64,000 bases of DNA from an uncultured delta proteobacterium (GTDB taxonomy: Bacteria; Myxococcota; UBA727; VGSZ01). The notes under the pieces were generated by a model. It made no database searches and had not been told where the DNA came from. It saw nothing but the letters and a program-made list of their open reading frames with translations. The first letter of the stretch is position 1. Every line of letters begins with the position of its first letter. The DNA is taken from the NCBI GenBank assembly GCA_963775425.1, contig CAVZJB010000003.1:206983-270982 (forward strand), read 5' to 3'. Shown one piece after another: positions 21,021 to 30,265 of this stretch. The translations under genes were made by a program, and so were the position numbers.

Positions 21021-23284
21021 GGCGGGCCCAACGGCTTCTTCGGGAGGTCGACGCTGTAGACGACGAGGTCGGCGGGGCTCTGCGCGGACACGAGCAGGCG
21101 CCCGTCGGCGCTCATCGCCAAAGGCGCACCGCCGAGGACGCCGCCGGGGGCGAGCGCGCCCTGCGCGCGCCACAGGAAGCGCGTGGTGGACGACGCGTCC
21201 TGGATGGCCACGACGTCGCCCTCGAGGGAGAACACCGCGCGCAGCGCATGCTCGACGCCGACCTTGGGTCCCACGGTCATCTTGGCGGCCGCGACGTCGA
21301 CGGACACCGGCGTGCAGTCGACGGCGGTGCACAGGAGCGCCGCGCTCGCGTCGGGCGCGGCGGCGAGGGTCATGACGTTCGTGACGGCGGTGTCGACGCT
21401 CGCGCGCAGGGCGCCCGTCGTCGCGTCGAACAGCTCGAGCGTGCCTCCGCCGGCCGCCGTGAGCACCGACGCGGGCGCGCCGCCGATCGCGAGGAGGTCG
21501 CCCGTGATCTTCGAGGCCGGCGCGGCGTCACCGGCGGGGACCGGCGCGCCGGCCCCGGCGCCGGCGTCGGCGTCGGCGGCGGCGGCGGACGCGGCGGTGC
21601 CCCCGTCTGTCACGCCGGCGCCTCCCGCTCGATCGTCGGCGAGCGCGGCTCCCGCGTCCGCGGCGCCGGCGTTCGCGGCACCGGCGGCCGTGTCGACGGG
21701 CGCACCGGGGCGGCGCACCGCGACGCCGCCGCCCTCGACGCTGTAGGCGAGGAGCGAGCCGTCCTCGTTGAGCGCGAGGGCGCCGTCGTAGCGCAGCCCG
21801 GGGAAGCTCTCGATCACCGCCCCGGACGAGGTGTCGAGCACGCGCACCGAGCACGCGCCCGCGTCGAACGGCTTCTTGCGCTCGTCGAAGGTGCCGACCG
21901 CGAGGCGGCGCCCATCCTTGGAGAACACCGGGGCCCGATGCACCGCGAGCGTTGCGGAGCGCAGGGGCGTCGTCGACACGAGCCGGGCGTTCGCGCGTTT
22001 GCGGCGCACCAGCGCTTCGGCCGACGCCACCGACAGCGTCTCGCCGTCGGCGTCGAAGGCGGCGGCGAGCGGCCGATCGATCTGATCGTGAGCCGACGCG
22101 AACGACACCACCCGATCGCCCTCGAGCGGACCCTTGTAGTCCGCGCCGTACGGCGGCGACGCCGGCGGCTGCGCGCACGACGGCGGCTCCTCACCGGGCG
22201 GCGCGCCTTGCAGGTCGCCGGGCGCGGGCTTCGGCGGCGGCCAATTGGCGCCGTCGGGACGCATGTCGTCGAGCTCCTTCTTGAACTTCGGATCGTAGTC
22301 GCCGAGCACGCGATCGAGCGCGCGGCCGAGCACCGGCGCGCTGCCGTCGTCGAAGCGGCGCAGCCAGAAGCCGACGTCGAGGGGATCGAACCTGTTGCGG
22401 CACAGCCCGGCGTCGCGGTCGAGGTCGAGGGCCGCGCTGACGTCGCGGTAGAAGGTGCGGCGGTCGGCGGGGTCGCCGGAGAAGTCGTCGGTGAAGAACG
22501 TGGCGGCGCGGCCCGGGTGCGCGCCCGGGCCCATGCCCTTGTCGGCGAGCTCCTGGATGGCCGGCCGCTTGTCGTCGAGGACGCGGAACAAGCGCGCCTG
22601 CGCGCGCACGAAGGGACGAAACACAGTGTACACCGCGCGCGCGGTGCTCCCGAGGAGCGGCGCGTCGGGCGCGACGTAGGCGCCGTCGATGAGCTCTTGC
22701 AGCGCGCTCGGGTCGACCCTGTGCAGGTCGCCGTCGTAGACGACGGCGCCGATGGCGGCCTTGAGCTCCTTGTCGATGTCGGGGGCGAAGACGCCCACGC
22801 GCCCGCGCGCCATCCACGCGGAGTCGCGGTAGCGCCCGCGGGTCACCATGCGGACGTCGCCGGCGCGCAACGAGACCGGCGCGAGCGGCTCGGGGTCGGG
22901 GTAGCGCAGTTGCGGCTCCGCGGTGGAGGCGAGCGCGAAGAGGATGGTCTCCGCCGCCGGCGCGACCTTGTCGTGCAGCGCCTTTTGCTCGGCGGCGGCC
23001 TCGCCGCGGGCCTGCTGCTCGAGCAAGCCGTTGAGCGTCACCTGGGCTTCTTCGCCGTGTGGGTTCCCGAGCGGATCGTCCATCGGGTACTTCTTGAGGA
23101 AGGCCTCAAGCGCCTCGACGTCGTCGTCCTCGCCGGGCGTCTTGAGGGCGCCGTCCGCCACGGTCCGCCACGCCGCTTCGAGCTCCTCGAGGTGCTTGGT
23201 CTTCTTGGACTTGCACGCCGCGAGGGCGAGGGCGGCGGCGACGACGACGGTGAGCAGGCGCGCGCGGGAGCGGAGGCGGGTCAT
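21017..23284 (-). CDS. lipoprotein with C-terminal beta-propeller-like (WD40/PQQ-like) region
   Basis: MTRLRSRARLLTVVVAAALALAACK has a lipobox. N-terminal helical region. The C-terminal half has repeated 'DG..LAV/L.S.DG' beta-propeller-like blades. Coupled (overlapping stop/start) with the Cys-rich repeat gene. Confidence 0.6.
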   Translation of the reverse strand: MTRLRSRARLLTVVVAAALALAACKSKKTKHLEELEAAWRTVADGALKTPGEDDDVEALEAFLKKYPMDDPLGNPHGEEAQVTLNGLLEQQARGEAAAEQKALHDKVAPAAETILFALASTAEPQLRYPDPEPLAPVSLRAGDVRMVTRGRYRDSAWMARGRVGVFAPDIDKELKAAIGAVVYDGDLHRVDPSALQELIDGAYVAPDAPLLGSTARAVYTVFRPFVRAQARLFRVLDDKRPAIQELADKGMGPGAHPGRAATFFTDDFSGDPADRRTFYRDVSAALDLDRDAGLCRNRFDPLDVGFWLRRFDDGSAPVLGRALDRVLGDYDPKFKKELDDMRPDGANWPPPKPAPGDLQGAPPGEEPPSCAQPPASPPYGADYKGPLEGDRVVSFASAHDQIDRPLAAAFDADGETLSVASAEALVRRKRANARLVSTTPLRSATLAVHRAPVFSKDGRRLAVGTFDERKKPFDAGACSVRVLDTSSGAVIESFPGLRYDGALALNEDGSLLAYSVEGGGVAVRRPGAPVDTAAGAANAGAADAGAALADDRAGGAGVTDGGTAASAAAADADAGAGAGAPVPAGDAAPASKITGDLLAIGGAPASVLTAAGGGTLELFDATTGALRASVDTAVTNVMTLAAAPDASAALLCTAVDCTPVSVDVAAAKMTVGPKVGVEHALRAVFSLEGDVVAIQDASSTTRFLWRAQGALAPGGVLGGAPLAMSADGRLLVSAQSPADLVVYSVDLPKKPLGPP

Positions 23285-23373
23285 CGGGCAAGCGTATGGC
23301 CGCGCGCGGATCGGGAGCAACGCACTGTCGTCGAGGATTGACACCGCGGCGCCCGTGTTCCACGCACGGCGTC

Positions 23374-24249
23374 GTGCCCGACGGACCGCGCACCATCCGT
23401 GAGTTGTTGGCGGCCACCCGGCCGTGGCTCGAGAACAAGGGCGTGGACAGCCCGCGGCTCGACGCGGAGATCCTCGTGGCGCACGGCCTCGGCCTGCGGC
23501 GCCTCGACCTCTTCCTCGACCTCGACAAGCCGCTGAGCGACGACGAGATCGCCCGCTGCCGCGCGCTGGTGGTGCGCCGCGGGCAGCGCGAGCCGACGGC
23601 GCAGATCATCGGCGAGCGGGAGTTCTACGGCCTCGCGTTCAAGGTGACGCCGGACGTGCTGGTGCCGCGGCCGGAGACGGAGCACCTCGTGGAGCTGGCG
23701 CTGGCGCGCACGGCTCCGGCGGGCGGCGGTGACGCCGTCTTCGTGGACGCGTGCACCGGCAGCGGCTGCGTCGCCGTCGCCGTCCTCAAGCACCGCCCGC
23801 TGTTGCGCGCCGTCGCCACGGACCTCTCCGCGGCCGCCCTCGCGGTGGCGCGCGACAACGCCGAGCGACACGGCGTGGACGATCGGCTCGAGCTGCGCGA
23901 GGGCGATCTGCTCGCGCCGTGCGTGGACCTGAGGGGCGTGGCGTTCGTCGTCGCGAACCCGCCGTATGTGCGCCTCGACGAAAAGGGCGCGCTCGCGCCC
24001 GAGGTGCGCGATCACGAGCCCGCGCTCGCGCTGTTCGGTGAGGACGCCGACGGCCTCGGCCACCATCGGCGCATCCTCCGCCAGGCCGGCCCGCTGCTGC
24101 GCGACGACGGCTTCGTCGCCCTCGAGATCGGCGCGGGGCAGGGCGAAGCGTGCCGCGCGCTCGGCGCGACGATCGACAGGGACCTCGCCGGGCTCGACCG
24201 CGTCGCCGTGTGGGCGCGCGGGGCTCTGCCGACGCTCTCTGCGGCGTGA
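23374..24249 (+). CDS. prmC: release factor glutamine N5-methyltransferase PrmC/HemK
   Basis: TIRELLAATRPWLENKGVDSPRLDAEILVAHGLG...FYGLAFKVTPDVLVPRPETE...VFVDACTGSGCVAVA...FVVANPPYV carries the NPPY motif. The start codon is uncertain (GTG at 23374 chosen). Confidence 0.8.
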   Translation: MPDGPRTIRELLAATRPWLENKGVDSPRLDAEILVAHGLGLRRLDLFLDLDKPLSDDEIARCRALVVRRGQREPTAQIIGEREFYGLAFKVTPDVLVPRPETEHLVELALARTAPAGGGDAVFVDACTGSGCVAVAVLKHRPLLRAVATDLSAAALAVARDNAERHGVDDRLELREGDLLAPCVDLRGVAFVVANPPYVRLDEKGALAPEVRDHEPALALFGEDADGLGHHRRILRQAGPLLRDDGFVALEIGAGQGEACRALGATIDRDLAGLDRVAVWARGALPTLSAA

Positions 24250-24376
24250 CGCACCCGGCGCCCGACGGCGTGGACGACGACGCCCGGTCGGAACGACGGA
24301 AGCGTTCGGCGCTGCGCCGCCGTGTACGGAGAGGAACCGATGGTCGCGGCCTGCGCGTGGGGCACGGTGCGCCGCG

Positions 24377-25594
24377 ATGCGTACGACAGCCCTCGCTTCG
24401 CTCCTGTTCAGCGCGCTCGTCAGCGCGCTCGCGTTCGCCTGCGCACCCACGCACAGCGCCCCGCCCCCCGGGGAGGCGGGCACCGGGGGCGAAGGCGAAG
24501 GCGACGGCGGCGGGGAAGGCGGCGGTGAAGGCGGTGAAGGCGAAGGTGGCGGCGGCGGTGGCGGCGAAGGCGGTGGCGGCGAAGGCGAAGGCGAAGGCGG
24601 TGGCGGTGGCGGCGAAAGCGAAGGCGAAGGCGAAGGCGGCGGCGGCGAAGGCGAAGGCGAAGGCGGCGGTGGCGAAGGCGAAGGCGAAGGTGGCGAAGGC
24701 GAAGGCGAAGGCGGTGGCGGTGGCGGTGGCGAGGGCGACGGCGGCGCGTGCGCGCCGGGAGCCGTCGACGGCTGCACCCTGCGCGTCGACGGCGACTACG
24801 ACTGCACAATGACGTTCGACGGGCTCGATCGCACCTGGCTGATGCACGTCCCCCCGGGCGTCGGCGGGCGCGTGCCGCTCGTGTTCTCCTTCCACGGCCT
24901 GCGCACCACCGCGGCGCTCCAGCGCTACATCAGCGAGATGGACCCGGCCGCCGACGCGCACGGCTACGTCGTCGTCTACCCCGAGGGCACGGGCCCGTCC
25001 CTCGACGAGAGCTGGAACGCGGGCAACTGCTGTGAGTCCGCCGCGCAAAACGACGTCGACGACGTCGGCTTCACCCTCGCCATCCTCGACCGCCTGCGCG
25101 CGCCCTTGTGCGTCGACGCGCGCCGCGTCTACGCCGCCGGCCTCTCCAACGGCGGCCACATGGTCTACCGCCTCGCCTGCGAAGCGGCCGACACCTTCGC
25201 CGCCGTCGCCTCCGTCGCCGGCGTGGAGACCACGTTCCCGTGCACGCCGAGCCGGCCAATCTCGCTGTTGCACATCCACGGCGACGCCAATCCCGTCGTC
25301 AACTACACCTTCGGCATCGACGGCATCCACGGCGCCCATCGCTCCGTCAGCGACTTCGCGGGCTTCGACGGCTGCGGCGAGAGCACCTCGGTGGTCTACC
25401 AAAACGGCGTGGTCACCTGCACCACGCGCGCGGGCTGCGCCGGCGGCACCGACGTCGAGCTGTGCACCGTCGCGGGCGGCGGGCACCAGTGGCCCGGCGG
25501 CCACGACCTGCCCTCCACCTTCGGCGACAACACCACCGACCTCGACGCCACCGAGCACATCTCCAACTTCTTCCTCGCCCACGCCTTGCCCTGA
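24377..25594 (+). CDS. lipoprotein esterase / PHB-depolymerase-like alpha/beta hydrolase with (GE)n acidic linker
   Basis: MRTTALASLLFSALVSALAFAC has a lipobox. A ~100-aa G/E repeat linker (GEGEGDGGGEGG...) follows. The catalytic domain has GLSNGG (GxSxG nucleophile elbow) and LpqC/esterase_phb-like motifs (LVFSFHGL..., HIHGDANPVV). Confidence 0.75.
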   Translation: MRTTALASLLFSALVSALAFACAPTHSAPPPGEAGTGGEGEGDGGGEGGGEGGEGEGGGGGGGEGGGGEGEGEGGGGGGESEGEGEGGGGEGEGEGGGGEGEGEGGEGEGEGGGGGGGEGDGGACAPGAVDGCTLRVDGDYDCTMTFDGLDRTWLMHVPPGVGGRVPLVFSFHGLRTTAALQRYISEMDPAADAHGYVVVYPEGTGPSLDESWNAGNCCESAAQNDVDDVGFTLAILDRLRAPLCVDARRVYAAGLSNGGHMVYRLACEAADTFAAVASVAGVETTFPCTPSRPISLLHIHGDANPVVNYTFGIDGIHGAHRSVSDFAGFDGCGESTSVVYQNGVVTCTTRAGCAGGTDVELCTVAGGGHQWPGGHDLPSTFGDNTTDLDATEHISNFFLAHALP

Positions 25595-25600
25595 GCGGCG

Positions 25601-26257
25601 CTACGCGACCGGGAGCACCGTCTCGACGGAGCCCTCGAGCAGCCTCTGCACCTCGTCATCGTCGAGCCGGCGGAAGTCGTCGTAGTGGGCGCCGACGCTG
25701 CCGAGGAAGCCGAGCGGCCCGAGGCAGACGACGCCGTCGCACTCCTGCTCGATGCGCCGCATGACGTCGGTCGCGCCGACCGGCGTCGCAAAGATGACGC
25801 GCGCGGCGCCGCGACGCCTGATGTCGCGGACGGCGCAGCGCGCGGTGACGCCGTTTGCGACGCCGTCATCGACGACGATCACCGTGCGCCCCTCGAGGCG
25901 CGGCCGGGGGCGGCCGCCGCGCAGCCGCGCCACGCCGGCGGCCACCTCGGCTTGCCGCGCCGACACGGCGCGCTCGATGTCGTCGTCGGAGGCGCCGGCG
26001 GCGTGCGCGAGCACGCGATCCACGAGCACCTCGCCACCCTCCCCGACGGCGCCGACGCCGAGCTCGCCCGACAGCGGGGAGCCCACCTTGCGCACCACCC
26101 AGACGTCGAGGGGAGCGCCCAGGCGCATGGCCACCGGCGCGGCGACGGCGACGCCGCCGCGGGGAAGCGCGAGCACCAGCGGGTCGCGCGCGGGGAGCTG
26201 GGCGACGACGGCGGCGAGCCGCATGCCGGCGTCCTGGCGATCGGCGAAGATGATCAC
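25601..26257 (-). CDS. predicted phosphoribosyltransferase (PRTase type I domain, COG1926-like)
   Basis: FADRQDAGMRLAAVVAQL... matches the conserved N-terminus of these PRTases. VIVVDDGVANGVTA is the PRPP-binding loop. The start (GTG 26257 vs ATG 26224) is uncertain. Confidence 0.65.
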   Translation of the reverse strand: MIIFADRQDAGMRLAAVVAQLPARDPLVLALPRGGVAVAAPVAMRLGAPLDVWVVRKVGSPLSGELGVGAVGEGGEVLVDRVLAHAAGASDDDIERAVSARQAEVAAGVARLRGGRPRPRLEGRTVIVVDDGVANGVTARCAVRDIRRRGAARVIFATPVGATDVMRRIEQECDGVVCLGPLGFLGSVGAHYDDFRRLDDDEVQRLLEGSVETVLPVA

Positions 26258-26433
26258 GACGAGCCTCCGAGCCGCACCGGAGAATGCGCGGGGCAGGCCA
26301 ACGGACGACCCCGCACAAGGACGCGCGCCGGCCCACGGCGAGGCCCGGCACCGTGTGCGACCGCACGCATCGAACTGTGCAGCCGCGCGCGTCGCTTGAG
26401 GCCGCGGCGTCCTTTGCGTGAGACTCACATCCA

Positions 26434-27078
26434 TTGACGGCCCTCGTCCTCGACTACGCGCTCGCGCGCCCCCGCCGCCTCCTCGCAGCCCTCGCCGTCG
26501 CCGGCATCGACGCTCGCCTCTCCGAGACCCCTCTCATGGCCAAGAGCGCGGACCTGCTCATCGTCCCCGACGGCGACGACGCCGATGACGCCCTCGCCCG
26601 CGGCATCTCCAGCGGCGTCCTCGACGCCATCGCCGGCCACGTCGACCAGAAGAAGCCGCTTTTGTGCGTCGGCCTCGGCCTGCATTTCCTCCTCGAGGGG
26701 CGCACGCACCCGCAGATGCCGGCGGGGCTCGGCGTGTTCCGCGCGCAGGTGCAGCGCTTCAATCCGCGGCTCACCGACGAGGCCGAGCGGCCGCTCCTGT
26801 CGCCGCACGCGGGGCCTTCGCTCGTCGTCGGCCTCGACCGGCACCCGTTCTTGAACGTGCTCGTCGGCAAGGGCGAGCACGGCGTGTGGATGACCTTTCG
26901 CCATCGCCTGTGCGCGCCGTCCCGGGTGCCGCAGGCCGACGTCGCCGTCGGCCACCATGGGGTCCCGTTTGCCGGCGCCATCTGGCGCGACAACATCCTG
27001 GCCGTGCAGTTCCTGCCCGAGCACTCCGGCAAGGCCGGCGTCGATCTGTTGCGCTTGTGGCGCGAGGCGCACGCGTGA
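26434..27078 (+). CDS. HisH-like class I glutamine amidotransferase paralog (divergent, possibly non-catalytic)
   Basis: Overall HisH architecture is present (...KKPLLCVGLGLHFLLEG...VQFLPEHSGKAG...). The N-terminal GNxxS motif is missing. The HPE histidine appears replaced (FLPEH). The Cys motif is shifted (LLCVGLG vs GICLGMQ). Alignment was done by eye. Confidence 0.6.
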   Translation: MTALVLDYALARPRRLLAALAVAGIDARLSETPLMAKSADLLIVPDGDDADDALARGISSGVLDAIAGHVDQKKPLLCVGLGLHFLLEGRTHPQMPAGLGVFRAQVQRFNPRLTDEAERPLLSPHAGPSLVVGLDRHPFLNVLVGKGEHGVWMTFRHRLCAPSRVPQADVAVGHHGVPFAGAIWRDNILAVQFLPEHSGKAGVDLLRLWREAHA

Positions 27079-27863
27079 CGCTGGCGCGACGCCTGTGCGC
27101 CCTGGTCCCCTGCGACGACGGCGGCAAACCCAAACGGCGCTTCGACAAGGGCGGCCTCGAGGTCGACTTCGTCGAGGCCATCGCCCACCACCTCGCCAAC
27201 GACGGCGCCGACGAGGTGTGGCTGCGCCTCGACCCCGCCGCGGGCAACGCCGGCGCCCGCGGGCCGAACGCGCTGTACGGCCCGCTCGCCGTCCTCGAGC
27301 GGCGCACCTTCGTCCCCGTGGTGGCGTGGGCGCACGCGCCGACGCCCGCGGACGCGCGGCTGCTGCTCGGCTTCGGCGCCGACCGCGTCGTCGTCGACGT
27401 CAACCTGGGCCTGCCCAATCCGCTCGGCTTCGTGTCGCGCATCGTGCAGACCGCGGGGAGCGATCGCATCACCGCCGCCATCGCCGTGCGCCGCTTCGTC
27501 GGCGACAAGGGCGTGGTCTGGGAGCTCGTCGATCCGCAGGGGCAGGGCACGGGGCTCGACGCCATCGTGCTCGCCGAGCGGCTGCCGGCGGTGGGCGCGT
27601 GCGAGATCCTGCTCGTGCCGTCGGTGCAGGCGCCGCAGAGCGAGCGCTTCGTGCACGACGGCGAGCTCATCGAGCAGGTGTCGTCGCTGTCGAGCGTCCC
27701 CGTGCTCTCCGTCGGCGACGACCGCGAGATCGCCGACCTCGCCGCGCCGCTGTTGATGGGCGCCGACGGCGTGGTGAGCGACCTGTTCTCGTCGGGCAAG
27801 CCCGCGATCACCACCGCCAAGCTCGCCCTCGCCGCGTATGGCCTCCCCCTGCGCCCGCCGTAA
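27075..27863 (+). CDS. HisF/HisA-like TIM-barrel paralog (divergent)
   Basis: GTG start overlaps the hisH-like stop (GTGA). LVPCDDGG aligns to HisF IIPCLDV (Asp11 conserved). AIAVRRF aligns to AIDAKR (second catalytic Asp apparently Ala). The phosphate-binding glycine motifs are degenerate. Confidence 0.55.
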   Translation: MTLARRLCALVPCDDGGKPKRRFDKGGLEVDFVEAIAHHLANDGADEVWLRLDPAAGNAGARGPNALYGPLAVLERRTFVPVVAWAHAPTPADARLLLGFGADRVVVDVNLGLPNPLGFVSRIVQTAGSDRITAAIAVRRFVGDKGVVWELVDPQGQGTGLDAIVLAERLPAVGACEILLVPSVQAPQSERFVHDGELIEQVSSLSSVPVLSVGDDREIADLAAPLLMGADGVVSDLFSSGKPAITTAKLALAAYGLPLRPP

Positions 27864-27949
27864 GCTGAGCGCCGGCCGCCGTGGAGCCGCACGCGTGTTT
27901 CGGGCGCCGCCGATTTACCGTCGAAGTTGACCGTGTTAGCGCGCCCGCC

Positions 27950-30265
27950 ATGCGACGCCTCGCCTTGCGGCCCCTCGTGGTTGCTCTCGCGTCCCTCGCG
28001 CTCGGCGGCTGCGTCGTGCGCGGTCACCCCGGGGACGGCGCCGGCAGCGAGGCACCGGCGCCCAATCCCGGCGGCGGCGACCCCGGCGGCGGCGACCCCG
28101 GTGCCGTCGATGCGGGGCCCGACCATCCCGGCACCCAGACAGGCGCCCAGCTCTATGCCTCGCTGTGCGCGAGCTGCCACGGCGACGCCGGCGCCGGCAC
28201 CCCGAGCGCGCCCGCGCTGAACCGTTGGACCGCCCCGCGCGACGCGCTCGTGAGCACCATCCAGGCGCGCATGCCCCAGGGCGACCCGCAGGCGTGCACC
28301 GGCGACTGCGCGTCCCTCGTCGCCGACTTCATCCTGGACGAGCTTCAGGCGGCGACGCCGTCGTCGTGCGCGAGCGTCGACCTCACCGCCGCCGACGCGC
28401 TGCCGCCGCAGGCGCTGCGCCTGCTCACGCGCGACGAGTACCGCCGGAGCGTCAAGGATCTGCTCGGGCTCACCGAGACTCCGTGCGCCGCCACCACCGA
28501 CTGCCGCGTCGAGAGCGAGAGCTGCGTCGAGGGCGCCTGTCGCGCCGACGCGTGCGACGTCGTCACGTTCCTCTACAATCCGCCCGGGAGCGGGGCGGTC
28601 AACACCACCGTCCACGTCGCCGGCGACTTCAACGGCTGGGCGCCTCACGCCGCCGACGGGGTCGCCCTCGCCTGGAGCGACGCCCTGGGCCTGTGGTGGG
28701 GCAAGGCGCAGCTCCCTTCGGGCGCGCACGCGTACAAGCTGGTGCTCGACGACGCCACGTGGATCGCCGACCCGCGGGCGCAGCGCTCCGTGTCCGACGG
28801 CTTCGGTGGACAAAACTCCGTCGTCGACGTCGCGTGCGACGCCGGCAGCGGCGCCGCAGACGGCGGCGACTTCGCCGCGCGCATCCCGCCGGACAGCCAC
28901 CCGGAGACGTTCCCGTTCGCCAGCCACGCGGCCTCCGGCCTCGTCACGCCCACGCACGTCGACGAGTACCTCCAGGCGTCCGCGCGCGCCGTCGCCGCCG
29001 CGCACTTCGACACCGCCGCGTCCGCGCCGCGCCCGGGCGACGCCGCCTCCGTGCGCGCCTTCGGCCGCCGCGCGTTCCGCCGCCCGCTGACCGACGACGA
29101 GGTCACCCGCTACGCCGCGCTGCCGTCCACCACGGCCATCGCGCAGGCGATGCTGTCGTCGCCGGCCTTCCTGTACCGCAGCGAGATAGGCGCGCCCGTC
29201 GCGGGCGCCGCCGGCGACGGCGGGGTGTTCCACCTCGACCCGTACGAGACCGCCACGGCGCTCTCGTACCTGTTTTGGGGCACCACCCCCGACGACGCGC
29301 TCCTCGACGCCGCCGCGGCGGGCGCGCTCGACGGCGCCGACGGCGTCGAGGCGCAGGCGCGCCGTCTGCTCGCCGACCCGCGCGCGCAGGAGATCATGGG
29401 CGCGTTCGCGCTGCAGTGGCTCGGGGCCGACAAGGTCATCACCGTCGACAAGTCTCCGACGCTCTACCCGTCGTTCGACGCCGCCGTGCGCGCAGACCTC
29501 GCGCGCGAGACCGAGCTGTACTTCTCGCACGTGATGTTCGAGGGCACCGGCCGCTACGACGAGCTGCTCACCGGCACGCGCTCGTACGTCACGCCGCGCA
29601 CCGCTGCGCTGTACGGCCTCGGCGCGCCCGCCGGCGGCGCCGACGCCCCTGCGCTCGTCGACATGCCCGCCGATCGGCGCGGCGTGCTCTCGCAGGCGAG
29701 CGTCATGGCGGCCACGGCGCACTCCGAGCAGACGAGCCCCATCCACCGTGGCCTCTTCGTGCGCCGCCGCTTGCTGTGCCAGGACCTCGGCACGCCGCCG
29801 CCGAACGCGGGCAGCGTCCCCGACGTCGACCCCAGCGCCACCACGCGCGAGCGCTTCGCCCAGCACACGGCCAATCCGTTCTGCGCGAGCTGCCACGGGT
29901 ACATCGACCCCGTCGGCTTCGGCTTCGAGGGCTACGACCCCGTGGGTGCGCGGCGCAGCACCGAAAACGGCCTCCCCGTCGACGACAGCGGCGACATGAA
30001 CGACGTCGAGGGCCTCGGCACCGACACCCACGCGCCGTTTCATTCGATGGACGAGCTCGCCGCCATCCTCGCCGGCAGCGCGTCGTCGAAGCGGTGTTTC
30101 GTCCGCCAGGTGGTGCGCTTCGCCCAGGGCCGCGACCCGTCGACCTCGACGGGCGAGACCTGCGCCCTCGACGCGCTCGACCAGAGCTTCGCCGGCGGCG
30201 ACCTCAAGCAGCTCTTCATCGACGTGGTGCGCGCCCCGTCGTTCGTGATGCGGAGGGCCCCGTGA
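27950..30265 (+). CDS. DUF1592/DUF1588/DUF1587-family lipoprotein with cytochrome-c-like CxxCH motifs and an E-set/CBM48-like domain
   Basis: MRRLALRPLVVALASLALGGC has a lipobox. CASCHG near the N-terminus and CASCHG near the C-terminus (PSCyt-type). VTFLYNPPGSG...VHVAGDFNGWAPH...AYKLVLDDATWIADP resembles the AMPK-beta/CBM48 glycogen-binding fold. The overall layout matches the partner of DUF1552 proteins. Confidence 0.65.
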   Translation: MRRLALRPLVVALASLALGGCVVRGHPGDGAGSEAPAPNPGGGDPGGGDPGAVDAGPDHPGTQTGAQLYASLCASCHGDAGAGTPSAPALNRWTAPRDALVSTIQARMPQGDPQACTGDCASLVADFILDELQAATPSSCASVDLTAADALPPQALRLLTRDEYRRSVKDLLGLTETPCAATTDCRVESESCVEGACRADACDVVTFLYNPPGSGAVNTTVHVAGDFNGWAPHAADGVALAWSDALGLWWGKAQLPSGAHAYKLVLDDATWIADPRAQRSVSDGFGGQNSVVDVACDAGSGAADGGDFAARIPPDSHPETFPFASHAASGLVTPTHVDEYLQASARAVAAAHFDTAASAPRPGDAASVRAFGRRAFRRPLTDDEVTRYAALPSTTAIAQAMLSSPAFLYRSEIGAPVAGAAGDGGVFHLDPYETATALSYLFWGTTPDDALLDAAAAGALDGADGVEAQARRLLADPRAQEIMGAFALQWLGADKVITVDKSPTLYPSFDAAVRADLARETELYFSHVMFEGTGRYDELLTGTRSYVTPRTAALYGLGAPAGGADAPALVDMPADRRGVLSQASVMAATAHSEQTSPIHRGLFVRRRLLCQDLGTPPPNAGSVPDVDPSATTRERFAQHTANPFCASCHGYIDPVGFGFEGYDPVGARRSTENGLPVDDSGDMNDVEGLGTDTHAPFHSMDELAAILAGSASSKRCFVRQVVRFAQGRDPSTSTGETCALDALDQSFAGGDLKQLFIDVVRAPSFVMRRAP

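Noticed and set aside
23966-24376. 5' extension of the esterase ORF (start at 23966)
   Set aside because: The upstream 137 codons overlap prmC out of frame and are low-complexity. A lipoprotein signal peptide begins at the internal ATG 24377.
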